DNA of 64,000 nucleotides from Octopus vulgaris (Eukaryota). The notes beneath the pieces are model-generated. The model was not told the DNA's origin, did not search any database, and was given only the letters and a program-made list of their open reading frames with translations. Where the stretch lies: assembly GCA_951406725.2 (NCBI GenBank), contig OX597822.1, positions 70,556,001-70,620,000 of the forward strand. Direction: 5' to 3'. The first letter of the stretch is position 1. Each line of letters begins with the position of its first letter. The position numbers and the translations under genes were made by a program. Shown here piece after piece: positions 47,801-59,622 of this stretch.

Positions 47801-48579
47801 CTGTCTTGGGTGAAGATTACGGAGATTATTCATCACCCCAGAATTGATTTAAGCATCAAGACCTAGATTATATCTTAAGTATTTTCAAATTTAGAATGAC
47901 AGATTGTTTTTTAATCATTGTAGAATGATAGTTGACAACAGTTGATCTATCAACAAGAGTTGCAGTCTATTCATTGCTGCACTCAGCCTGCTTTTCACAC
48001 TCCTCACTGCTTCTCTTCCTCTTCTGCCTCCACTACCTCCTCCTCCTGAGTTACTTAGTACACACTTTTATGCAGTTCCTATTGTTTGTCTTTTCTCTTT
48101 TCATTCTTTGAATTTTTAGAATTGGAATTATCTCCTATGGCTCATTTATAATTATTTTTGTCGGTTTATTCTCTGAATGTTTAAACCAGTATAAAGATTA
48201 CTGTTTTACCTCTATGTAGATGATGAGAGGGTGGTATGTGAAGTGAAGTGAAGTGGGGTGGAGTGGAGTGGAGTGGAGGCAAGGGAGTGGGGAGGTGAGT
48301 TCATCAGTTAAAATGGCAATTAATTTCTTTGGTAATTCTTTTAAAACTTGTTTCATATGAGATAAATAATCTAATAGCCCCCGGTGATCAGGTGATTTAA
48401 ATAGAGATTTTGGTATTAATTTAGACTTAGTTACATCACAGACTAATATTTTTGGTGGCTTTAATGTCCATCATCGAAGTAACTCTCTGATTAAATTGTA
48501 TACAATTTATTAATTACTGTGGACTGAGTGGATTAAGATTGGTTATTGAAAACTGACCGGAAACTATTTGTTGTCAATG

Positions 48580-48785
48580 TTAGTTGTTTAGCATTCAGCC
48601 AATCCATGATTGAGTACAACTATGATCAAAAGCATTCTGATCATGGCCATCCTTTCATCGCCATCCTTCTTTCAAAGCACATGTAGAACTATACTGATAT
48701 GTTCTTTTCATATTCAAGACAGTTGGGTATTATTTGAGGGAGATTTAGCTGCTTTTGCTCACAGATTGTTTGACCACCTGGAAAC
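48580..48785 (-). mobile_element. Interspersed repeat family E
   Basis: GTTGTTTAGC...GATCAAAAGCATTCTGATCATGGCC...ATTTGAGGGAGATTTAGCTGCT; reverse homologue of 40975-41202. Confidence 0.55.
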
Positions 48786-48798
48786 TTTCCTCCTCCTC

Positions 48799-49177
48799 CA
48801 TCATCATCATCGTTTAACGTCCGCTTTCCATGCTAGCATGGATTGGACGATTTGACTGAGGACTGGTGAACCAGATGGCTGCACCAGGCTCCAATCTGAT
48901 CTGGCAGAGTTTCTACAGCTGGATGCCCTTCCTAACACCAACCACTCCGGGAGTGTAGTGGGTGCTTTTATGTGCTACTGAAATGAGGGCCAGTCAGGTG
49001 GTACTGGCAACAGCCATGCTCAAGTGATGTTTTTGACGTGCCACCTGCACAGGAGCCAGTCAAGCGGCACTGGCAGTGACCTTGCTTGAATGTTTTTCAT
49101 GTGCCAGTAAGGCAATGCTGGAAATGATCACGTTTGAATGGTGCTCTTTACATGCCATCGGCACAGAAGCCAATCAG
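48799..49177 (-). mobile_element. Family C retroposon, longest copy in the window
   Basis: (CAT)n tail; matches 1945-2251; internal repeated TTTTAYGTGCCA...GGCACTGGCA modules. Confidence 0.9.
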
Positions 49178-49194
49178 TCTGTCTATCTGTATGC

Positions 49195-49335
49195 TCAATT
49201 CCACCAAGGTTGACTTTGCCTTTCATCCTTTTGAAGTCGATAAAATAAGTACCAGTTGAGCACTGGGGTTGATGTAATCGACTTACCCCCTTCCCCAAAA
49301 TTGCTGGCGGCCTTGTACCAAATTCGAGACCATCA
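49195..49335 (+). mobile_element. SINE family B, 3' part
   Basis: AATTCCACCAAGGTTGACTTTGCCTTTCATCC...GCCTTGTACCAAATTCGAGACC. Confidence 0.85.
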
Positions 49336-49441
49336 TTAATATTTAATCTGGAAAATAAAACTTCTATCCAACCCTTTTAAATGATGAAACTATTAGAAAT
49401 TTTACAAAGTTTTGGCTGTACAGGTCCTTACTTCCTTACAT

Positions 49442-49638
49442 TTAGCATTCTGGGCAAAATGCTCAGCGGTATTTTGTCTGTCGCTACGTTCTGAGTTCAA
49501 ATTCCGTCGAGGTTGATTTTACTTTCATCCTTTCGGGGTGGATAAATTAAGAACCAGTTATGAACTGGGGTCAGTGTAATCGACTTAATCGCTTCCTCCA
49601 AATTTAAGGCCTTGTGCTTCCAGTAGAAAGGGTTATTA
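49442..49638 (+). mobile_element. SINE family B
   Basis: TTAGCATTCTGGGCAAAATGCTCAGCGG...GAGTTCAAATTCCG...GGCCTTGTGCTTCCAGTAGAAAGGG. Confidence 0.88.
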
Positions 49639-50633
49639 CTGCCTTACATTATTGTAACATGAAGAAACTTGAATCATTAGTCAGTATTTTTGTTATTAAA
49701 CACCCAATCAGTGTTAGTTGTCAGCAACCTTTTGCTTCCTATTCCAACCTAAAAGTACTGTTTCTTTCTTTCTTTCTTGATTTCCACCTTCCTTCCCCCT
49801 TCCTTCTTCCCCTGCCATCATTCTATTTTTAATGGCCCACCTTGCCCAGATATATCACATCATAGCTCTCAGTAAATACCAATTTTGTAACCACATCAGT
49901 TGGCACCATATTTTTGTCAGTTAAGAGGTGCTACAAGCATTAAGACATAAACCCTATCATTAGCATGGTATATTTACCACACACAAATGATAACCATAGG
50001 TTTCTATCACACATTTTGCATCCTTTCAACGTGCTGACATCACAAGTCTCCATTTATAAAACGAAGTGATGAAGAGTGATGTTTTTCTTATTTGCTTGGT
50101 TTTTTTTAAATATTTTATTTTATGGGAAAGGAAAAAGAAAAAAACAAGGAAATTTTTCCTCTCATCAGCTAGAACTAGAATATGTGCTTGCTGATTCAAA
50201 CAAAAGTGTGTTTTTGCACAAGGATTTTTATTCCATTCATTCATTCATTCATTTATTTATGCATTACATTCTCTCTTGATAACTTTTGCTAACCTCTTCA
50301 AGAAAATCTAAATATTTGCTAATGAAATTGAATAACTCTCCACTCCTTTTTGTGGCATTGTGGGAGTTAAGTGTTGTTCATTAGTCTTTTCCAATACAAC
50401 ACAATATTTATAAATATGTTTCTTGATCTCAAAAGAATTAACAGCTAATGAATACATTGTCTTCACTTACAGATGTGTGTGTGTATGTGTATGTCCATGA
50501 TTGTGTAAAGTATGTTTAAAACACAAAATATAACTGTAATTGTGTTGATTCTTTTTTAAAATTGAAACCTTCTCCATCTTTCCAATATAGCCCTACCCAA
50601 CCCTGATAGAAGTATTCAGTTTTAATTTATATA

Positions 50634-50820
50634 GGCGTAGGAGTGGCTGTGTGGTAAGTAGCATGCTTACCAACCACATGGTTCCAGGTTCAGTCCCACC
50701 ACGTGGCACCTTGGGCAAGTGTCTTCTACTATAGCCTCGGGCTGACCAAAGCCTTGTGATTGGATTTGATAGATGGAAACTGAAAGAAGCCTGTCATATA
50801 TATGTATTTATATATATGTA

Positions 50821-50883
<63 letters not shown>

Positions 50884-51084
50884 TTGTGTTTGCGTTCCCA
50901 ATATTGCTAGACAACCGATGCTGGTGTGTTTATGTCTCCGTCACTTAGCAGTTCGGCAAAAGAGACCGATAGAATAAGTACTAGGCTTACAAAAAATAAG
51001 TCCTGGTGTCGATTTGCTTGACTAAAGGCGGTACTCCAACATGGCCACAGTCAAATGATTGAAACAAGTAAAAGAGTTAAGAGT
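50634..51084 (+). mobile_element. SINE family A, full-length reference copy
   Basis: tRNA-like head (TGGCTGTGTGG; GGTTCAGTCCC), CORE-like CACCTTGGGCAAGTGTCTT, internal (TA)n(TG)n, tail AAACAAGTAAAAGAGT. Confidence 0.93.
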
Positions 51085-51197
51085 GTCTATTTACAAAATT
51101 CCATTGATAAGGTGTTTGCAAACCCAGAGCCAAGTGGTTGTGTGATGTGAGCTTGCTAAGCAAGCGATTATTATTCCTGTATTTTTATTTATGTATA

Positions 51198-51365
51198 AAT
51201 CCTTTCTACTAAAGGCGCAAGGCCTGAAATTTAGTGGGGGCGGGGTGTTAGTTGATCACATTGACCCCCAGTGGCCATCTGCTACATAATTTATAGACCC
51301 CCCCTCCCCACAAAAGAGTGAAGTGCAAAGTTGACCTCAGTGGGATTTGAACTCGGAATGTAACG
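51198..51365 (-). mobile_element. SINE family B, diverged
   Basis: AATCCTTTCTACTAAAGGCGCAAGGCCTGAAATTT...CAAAGTTGACCTCAGTGGGATTTGAACTCGG. Confidence 0.75.
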
Positions 51366-52922
51366 TGTCAGGAGACATGCGAAGGATTCTTCCACTTTGG
51401 TGCTTTGCTTGATATATAACGTCTCCCCTTCCATCGTAAGACATATGAGAATAGTGCGTGATTAGATCTCGGTATAATAAGCTCCACAGATGAGAAGAGA
51501 ATGGTGGGAGGAGTAATGAATGATACAACATTCTGTAGATCCATCTAACTTTATCTAGCAAACAGAGATGTATATATTAGAATGATATACACACATCACA
51601 GAGAGAGAGATTTCAGATCTGTGTGCACACGCACTCTCTCTCTCTCTCTCTCTCTGTCTATCTATCTCTACCCCTCTCTTTCTCTCTCTCTCTCTCACAC
51701 ACAGATACACACACACACACACAGAGTTGGGAATAATTTATATTTGAACTCCAAACCAATGAATGCAGCCTGGCGTAAATAAAATTTCCAGATAATTTGA
51801 GCTTCTTTTACATCCATATTTCTCTCTGTGTACATATATAATATAGGTATGGTTATATATTATATACACATACACACCACATCACACTCATACACACACA
51901 AATATATACATACATATATTATATTGTGTTTTTGTCTGTGTTGCTTGAATGTGTGTAGAATGTGTGTATGTGAGTCCAGCTCTCTCTCTCTCTCTCTCTT
52001 TCTCTGTATGTGTATCTATGTTGTTTGTGAATATTAAAGCATATTTATTATGTGGGAGAGGGGAGGAGCCATGGTGTAAAACTCTCGGGAACTGTGTAAA
52101 TATTTCTTAGATATATTCCCAATTTTAATTGACCATTAGTTTACTCCGTCTAAACTCCTATCCAATATGAGAACTTCAGAAGATCAATTTCAAAAGAGGA
52201 AATTATAAATTATTTCCTCTCAGTATCCAGCAGTCCAAACACTGTTAATGTTTTGGAAGCAGGGAAGAAATAAAATGGTTAAATTAGTGGAAGTGAATCG
52301 TAAAGTTGGTTTTAGCCTTTCGTATTGTTGCAATTGTTGTTTAAACAGAGATTTTCACTAAGTGGTGGGAAGTTTTCTATGGAAATGCGGCGTCATTTTA
52401 TATGTAAAATTAAATATCCCTTTGATAACTGTAGCTACGTATCTGTACAAATGTTGCTAATACTCTATGTAAGTATTACTAGTTGTCTATACAGGTAATG
52501 TGGAGTCGATTGGCAAATGTTTCAAGCTCTTTATAGCCATTATTGATGGCACTGTAGCACCATATATGTGTTCTAGCTATGTATGATCATTAAAGTGTAA
52601 TATTACATAACTAGCAACTTTCCATGAGGAATTAAAAACTAAACCATTACGTGTGGAGCAAGTAGGATTACTTTTAGATGTTACCAATGGCTTTGCATCA
52701 TGTATTTTCGGCGAGATGTTTCTCTGTGTTGTCTAATTTATGTTGTGTAGCCTGAATGTGTGCTCTTAATATCTCCCTTTACAATTAACGGATTGGCAGT
52801 CGAACATGGGCACCTAGCTTTAAAATAGTTGTGTTCATATTTTTCAGAAATGCATTTTCCTGTTTTTGCAGATTCATATAAGCTATGAATGTTAGGTGCC
52901 AGATAATTGCTAGAACAGAGAC

Positions 52923-52963
<41 letters not shown>

Positions 52964-53214
52964 GAAAGAAGTGGGGGGAAAGGTGGTGTTGGTGGTGATG
53001 GCGGGCGGGGGGTGATCAATAGAAAAATTTAAGTACTTCTTAAGTAGTTATTTGAGTTTGGCTGAAATCCACTGGTAAATGTTAACTATCAATCAGTGAC
53101 TTACATTATTGAGAATGATGATGTAGGAAATTTATTTCTTTATTTCACAAAAAAAAAACCCAAAAAAAAACAAAAAGAAAACTGAAGAAAAAGATAAAAC
53201 AGAGTCTGTACTTG

Positions 53215-53430
53215 GCTCACTGGCAGAATAGGTAAAGCAACACAAACAGATTAGATTATCTTGCAGTATTTATCCAGGTTGTTTTATGTTCAGAGATCAA
53301 ATCCTGTGAAGGCTCTCTTTACTTTTAAACCTCTCAGGGTTGATAAAAATCAAGCAGTTTCCAGGTATTGATGATTGATATCAGTAGTTATACACATCCA
53401 CCTAAATTTGGGATCTTGTGGCTCTGTTAG
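53215..53430 (+). mobile_element. SINE family B, old copy
   Basis: CTGGCAGAAT...TTCAGAGATCAAATCC...GGGTTGATAAAA...AAATTTGGGATCTTGTG. Confidence 0.5.
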
Positions 53431-54644
53431 CAAACCCTTTTGTTTTGTATGTATGCATGTGTGTGTGGCTTTGTGTATATGTATGTGTGTGATTGTGCAT
53501 TTATGTATGCATGCATCTGTATCTGTATCTTTAAACACAGTCACTACCCTTGATGAGGCAATGGCTTCAGTGCATTTAATCTCGATTTCTACACCTTCAT
53601 TTTATTGAATGAATAAACCCTTTCATTTTGTATGGGTCACAGTGATTCAACAGAAGTATATTCTATTTATCAATGGCATCCACTAAGTCGTGTGCGAGAG
53701 AGAGAGAGAATGAGAGAGGCGAAGGTGGGGGGACTGACCACACACCATCTCACTTCTAGTGTCATCAGGTTGCCATTGATCTGTCTGATCGACCCAGAAT
53801 TGCTTTTGTTCTTTCTCTCTATTGCCCTGACAGTTATCACCGTAAAGCGATGTGCAGTTTGGACCATGGGAATACACACGCCATTTGTGGATACATGACA
53901 TTGTCAAAGATTCACCAGGGAGAAAAGTATTATAAAGGATAATATATGTGCGTGTGTATACACAGGGATAGATAGATTGAAGATACAAGGTTATTGCTGT
54001 TTTCAGTTTTCTCCTCTTCTTTTTGTTTTCATCCAATCTATCTATTTGGCTGATCTATCATCATTCTCTCAAGTGTCCTCTTTTACTTTGTCTTCCCATC
54101 TTTCTCCACTTCCTTTCTATCTCATTCTTTAAATATATCTCCATTTATTCCTTTCAATCCATTTTCTATTTCTTTCCCTTTTAGATGCACATATAGTTCT
54201 TTTTACTTTGTTTTGGTCTTTACATTTTTTCTTTTTTCTTATTCTTTTTTTACTTTTAAATGAGTTAAAATTATTGGTTGTGATCATATTTCGTCTTTAA
54301 AGAAAATTGTTAGAATGAAACAAAAAAAAAAAAAAAGAAATCAATGTAGAAATTCTTTCTCAATCATAAATATATTTCACAATTTAGTCGTTTCATGTTC
54401 AAATCCAGGTGGGAGAAACAGTACCTTTTCTATAATCCTGTATTTCTGAGATGAAATTTTTTTTTAATATCATTTATTAATAGGAGCAGTGTCTTCATCT
54501 TGTTGCTTTCACAACTAATACATAATATGAAAAATTCCTCATCTCAGAAAATACAGAGTTGTATTATCCGAACAGTTCAGAACCGATATAAGACATCAAT
54601 GGAGGCTTGTAAACCTTAAAAATTCACTCTTAACACTGCTTACA

Positions 54645-54728
54645 GGCATAGCATAGTGGATAAAGATGCTGGTTAATTACATTGCAATCACCTAGAGGTT
54701 CTAAGTTCAATCCCAGGCAAGACGCCAT
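54645..54728 (+). other. tRNA-like Pol III head (SINE head or tRNA pseudogene)
   Basis: A box TAGCATAGTGG (54649-54659) and B box AAGTTCAATCCC (54703-54714); no convincing cloverleaf. Confidence 0.45.
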
Positions 54729-55852
54729 GGTGAATCAATCACAAGGCACCTGAAAAAAATGGCTGCGATACACACAACTGAAATGTAATGAAAGCAACAA
54801 CCAAGATGAGAGCATCAGTCTGACTAATACATAATTACCCTTTATGTTTATAAGACACTGATGAAATGAGTCTATCCTTTCTCTGTCACCATCTGTTTCA
54901 ATATAAAATCAAAAGACATTTTTAATTTCAACCATATTCTCCCCACCCCCACCCTCCTGCACCTCCCACACTACCTCCACCCCACTACAGCATCTACCCA
55001 CCGCTCTCCTCTACCTAACCATTGCTCTCCTCTTCCCCCTCTCCCCCACTCCTCCTGCCCTCTTTCCCACCTCACTCTCCAGTTTCTTTATCTATCTGCT
55101 AATTTCTAAAGAATAAAATATTATAAAACAAGATTATATTGAATTGATTAGGTTTCATCAGTGAGGTTTGAAATGGTCAAGTGGCCTTTTATGTTTTGAA
55201 ATTTCTGCCAATTGGCTGTTAAGCGAAGCTTGATCATCACTTCTGTACTAATCAATCAACTCTGCCATAGATCAGCATATCCAACGATGTGCGTGTGTAT
55301 GTGTGTTTCTCTATGCGTGGGTGTGATTGTGTGCCTGTGTGTGCTCTAATACATACAGACTGATAACTTGGTTCACACATCCACATGCTCTTTCAACGCA
55401 TACAGGTATGAACTTAGCCACATACACACACACACACACACACACTAAAGTATACACTTAATTCAAATGTACATTCATCTTTAGTGTGTGTGTGTGTGTA
55501 CATGCACATAACATATGAACTTATATATACACACACACACACATCCTCAAACCTGAACATACATGTAAGCACGTACAACCACATGACTAGCAGCATTCAT
55601 TTAAATTATTTAGAAGCTCTGAATTGCTGGACAGTGGACTTACATTATGGAAGTGGTCTCTGGCCATGATGAATTATAGTAGTAGGGACAGTGGTCTTGG
55701 TACTAAGTGTTTGTGGTAGCAATATATGGTTGGCTTTAGCATTGCACTGTAGTGGTGAGAGATGGAGTTGCTTGCGTTAGCAGTATGTTTGATGGTGGGG
55801 TGGGGGTGGCAATGGTGTTTATGTACTGTGTGTGTGTGTGTATGTGTGTTAG

Positions 55853-56230
55853 TCTTTTACTTGTTTCAGTCATTTTGACTGTGGCCATGCTGGAGCACCG
55901 CCTTTAGTCGAGCAAATCGACCCCAGGACTTATTCATTGTAAGCCTAGTACTTATTCTATCGATTCTCTTTTGCCGAATCGCTAAGTTATGGGGGACGTA
56001 AACACACCAGCATCATTTGTCAAGCGATGTTGGGGATGGGGGGGACAAACACACACACACACACACACACATATATACAACGGGCTTCTTTCAGTTTCCG
56101 CCTACCAAATCCACTCACAAGGCTTTGGTCGACTTGTGGCTATAGTATAAGACACCTGCCCAAGGTGCCACACAGTGGGACTGAATCCGGAACCATGTGG
56201 TTCGTAAGCAAGCTACTTACCACATAGCCA
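55853..56230 (-). mobile_element. SINE family A, near full length
   Basis: High identity to 14697-15105 and 50634-51084. Confidence 0.92.
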
Positions 56231-57324
56231 AAAGTTCACCAAATGCAATAAATTTATGTACTGTGAGTGGACAGGTGGTGAGGGTAGAAAGCAAATTTCT
56301 GAAATGTTGGGCAGAGAACTTGATCAGAGAAGAAATAACAGGTGTTTTTGGATGTTAATGGGGTTGAAGTGTGATAGAAGGAAAAAAAGAAAGAAAGAAA
56401 GAAAAGGAGTGGAGGGGGGCATGGGTGTGACCAATTAATGAGAAAGGTGGTAAAAGGTTACATGTCTGAGAGAGAGAGGGGGGAGAGAGTTTCAGGGAGG
56501 GAGAGAAAGTAAAAGTAGAAGGAGGCATCACCATTTTTCTCAGAGTCTGGTATATCGCCCCCTCCCCACTCCCACTCCCTGCCTCCACACAACTGACGTA
56601 GTTTGTAGTTTTCAACTGTGTAGCTACAATCATCGTGTAAACCATTCTCGATTTCAGTTTTTCATCATTGACCCTCAACTCTAACCTGAATGAGTTAACG
56701 AGTCTGTTTCTTTATTCACACAAAGTTCAGTTCAAACCGAATGAATAACATTCGAGGAAGAGAAAGAGAAAAATGTAGTTATATGGTTTAACAAATTTGA
56801 ATATGGTTATCTACTATTGATTGCTTGATAGGTAGCGATACTTGAAATAGAGAATATGAATGGGATGAAGGAGCAGGGAAGGATGGCGAAAGAGAGAGCG
56901 AGCGAGAGAGAGAGAAAAAAATGAAAGAGCTAGAGGGTGAGGGGAAAGGGAGAAAAAATATTTCTTGTCTATACTAATAATACCCGTGTTTGTTCCAAAT
57001 CTTTTATTTGGCACTATGCTAGTAATTTAGTGAACTTATTTTGCTGTCTTCAACTTTCCTTCTACCTCATAGCCCATGTTGTTATGGTTCAATTGGAAAA
57101 GTCGGTCATTGTTGGCTGATCACACACACACACACAAACACACACTCATGCTCACTCACACAGCGCTTGCGACAGTTCTTATATTGATCTGCCAAACAGT
57201 CCATTTGACTGACTTTACTGTATTACCCTGTGTTTAACCAAATCACCAACCTCGATCGAACGACCATTGAAGTGGCTAAGCTTGTCTCCTTGTCATTCTA
57301 AATGTGTTCAGCTCCATCAGTAAA

Positions 57325-57386
<62 letters not shown>

Positions 57387-57865
57387 GTATGTATGTATGT
57401 ATATGTATATACACACACATATATACATGCGTGTGTGCACCACTATTTAACGATGACAAGCTGCCCAGAAAAATTCCTATATTTCTTAACACATCAATTA
57501 GTGCTTCACACACTCGAAATATGTGTATTGCTCTTTCGGTAATTAGTCACCTTTCCTCTCCCCGCCCCACTCACTTAACTACCATGACTATGCCTACTAC
57601 AGTGGTGGTAGTAGTGTTGTTGTTGTTGTTGGTGGTGGTGGTGGCTGTGGCTCTACTGGAATGGAGTGATATATTCTCAAGAGAAAGGGTTCAGTTTGGC
57701 CACATATTAAGGACCCAATTCATTTGGTTGATGATTAGTGATGTGGGACTCTGATCATGAAGAGGTGGTAGTCATAGGTTTTGCAGTTAGTCATGCTCAC
57801 TCTTCAGTCTTTAGTGACTCTTTTATAGCAATTTGAAGCCACTTTATAAAATATAGTGTACGTAT

Positions 57866-57983
57866 GTGCAGGAGTGGCTGCTTGGTAAGTAGCTTGCTTA
57901 CCAACCACATGGTTCTGGGTTCAGTCCAGTTTTCTGCTATAGCCTTGAGCTGACCAGAACCTTATGAGTGGATTTGGTAGATG
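57866..57983 (+). mobile_element. SINE family A, 5' part with internal deletion
   Basis: GTGCAGGAGTGGCTGCTTGGTAAGTAGC...GGGTTCAGTCC...GAGTGGATTTGGTAG. Confidence 0.8.
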
Positions 57984-57987
57984 TTCT

Positions 57988-58378
57988 TGCCTCAAATTTC
58001 AGACCTTGTGCTAGTCTGAAGCAATCATCATGCCTTGTGATATTTGTTCTGGCTCTTTACATTCTGAGTTCAAATCCCTCCCTAGTCAGATCTGCCTTTC
58101 AACACTTCTGGGTTCATTGAATAAAGTACTGATCAAGTTGATGTTATGAAGTAAGCCCTATCCCTCAAAATTTGTGTCTAAATTAGAAACCACCACAACC
58201 ATCACCATCACCACCACTACTGATGATGATGATGATGGTAGTGATGATGATCCTTCCTACTGTAGGCACAAGATCTGAAATTTTGGGGTGGGGGCTAGTC
58301 AATTATATCGACCCCAGTACTTAATGGTACTTATAAGACAAAAGTTAAAGTTAAAGTTAAAGTTGACCACAATGAAAT
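57988..58378. mobile_element. Cluster of SINE family B pieces: + tail (57988-58020), + copy (58030-58192), - copy (58248-58378)
   Basis: CTGAGTTCAAATCC...TGCCTTTCA on +; TCCTTCCTACTGTAGGCACAAG...ATCGACCCCAGTAC on -; separated by (CAC/GAT)n. Confidence 0.7.
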
Positions 58379-58406
58379 CATCATCAGTAGTCATAATGAT
58401 AATAAT

Positions 58407-58777
58407 AACGAGCTCTTAGAGAGTGCAAACCTCTGCCAAGGCAACACCTATGTCCTCTCAACAATTAGCCAGAGATGATTTTTAAAATTAGAATATCTGA
58501 AATAAACTCGACTGCTGTCACAAATGAGAAGACTAAAAATGAACCTGACCATCTTAAAAAGTAAGTAAAAAAAAAAACAGGAAAAATAATCAAGAATCCT
58601 TGTCCAGTACTGGATCGATCCCAAAATCTAATCAGTTTGTGCCAGTTATGAGGCCAGACATCCCTGAAGGTTTCATTCGAATCCATCCAGCAGTTCTTGA
58701 GATATCTTGCCCACGGACAAACAAACAAATACAACTGAAAACAATACCTCTGCCTTCGCTAAGGCAGAGGCAATAAT
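58407..58777. mobile_element. Non-autonomous Helentron/DINE-1-like element (HINE type)
   Basis: Sub-terminal CCTCTGCC at 58430-58437 is inverted relative to GGCAGAGG at 58763-58770. Terminal 10-bp hairpin CCTCTGCCTT-CGCT-AAGGCAGAGG (58747-58770), internal (ACAA)n, A/T-rich flanks and no clear TSD. Confidence 0.6.
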
Positions 58778-58905
58778 CCTTTCTGATATAAGCACAAAGC
58801 CTAAAATGTTGAGGGTGTGGTCCATTGTATTGACCCCAGTACATGTCTGGCACTTATTTTATTGACCCTGGAAAGATGAAAGGCAAAGCCGTCTTTGATG
58901 GAAAA
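58775..58905 (-). mobile_element. SINE family B, 3' part
   Basis: AATCCTTTCTGATATAAGCACAAAGCC...TTGACCCCAGTAC...GATGAAAGGCAAAGCCG. Confidence 0.8.
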
Positions 58906-59566
58906 TTAATAATAATAATAATAATAAGCAAACTTTTAAACACCACCCCACCATAATAATGTAGACTCATTGGTTTCGATTCCCATTTGAACCATTTCCT
59001 CCTCTTCCTCCTTCCTTGAAAGAAGCAATGATGTCCAATAGCAATCCGGTGATTGAACTGATGTGGCACTGCACAAGACTTCGTGTTTTTTCCTGTAGTG
59101 ATTTAAAGATGTAGGATTCATTTCAATTTACTCACTTCTAAAACCGGAGTTTCCCCATGACAGTGTTGCAAATAATTATTCTTGCTTATTTAGAAATGTT
59201 CTTGTTGTAGAATTAGAAGAGGATAGCATCAATGATGTAGAATACAAACTGGAGAAGTGGGGTGTGTGCTTGCCAGTAGCTTTGTATGGGAACCTGTTAT
59301 CACATTTTGACAATCATGCTAATTAATATCAATTAACTTTACTGAATGCTCCTGCTTGTGTTTTAAATCTTTGTCTTTTCTTTCTTTCATTTTTGTTTTT
59401 TTTGTTTTTAATATTCCTCATTTTTTTTTCTTTTTCAATCTTTCTTTTACGGTCTCTTCTCTTTTATTCTGTCTCTTTTGTAGAGAGAGAGAGAGCTGAA
59501 AAGATACAGTATTTATAACGCTATCAGGTTGTTTTAGCTGTAACGTTACATGTCAGCTTAGAAAGA

Positions 59567-59567
59567 G

Positions 59568-59618
<51 letters not shown>
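59567..59618. repeat. (GA)n microsatellite
   Basis: Uninterrupted GA run of about 24 units. Confidence 0.95.
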
Positions 59619-59622
<4 letters not shown>

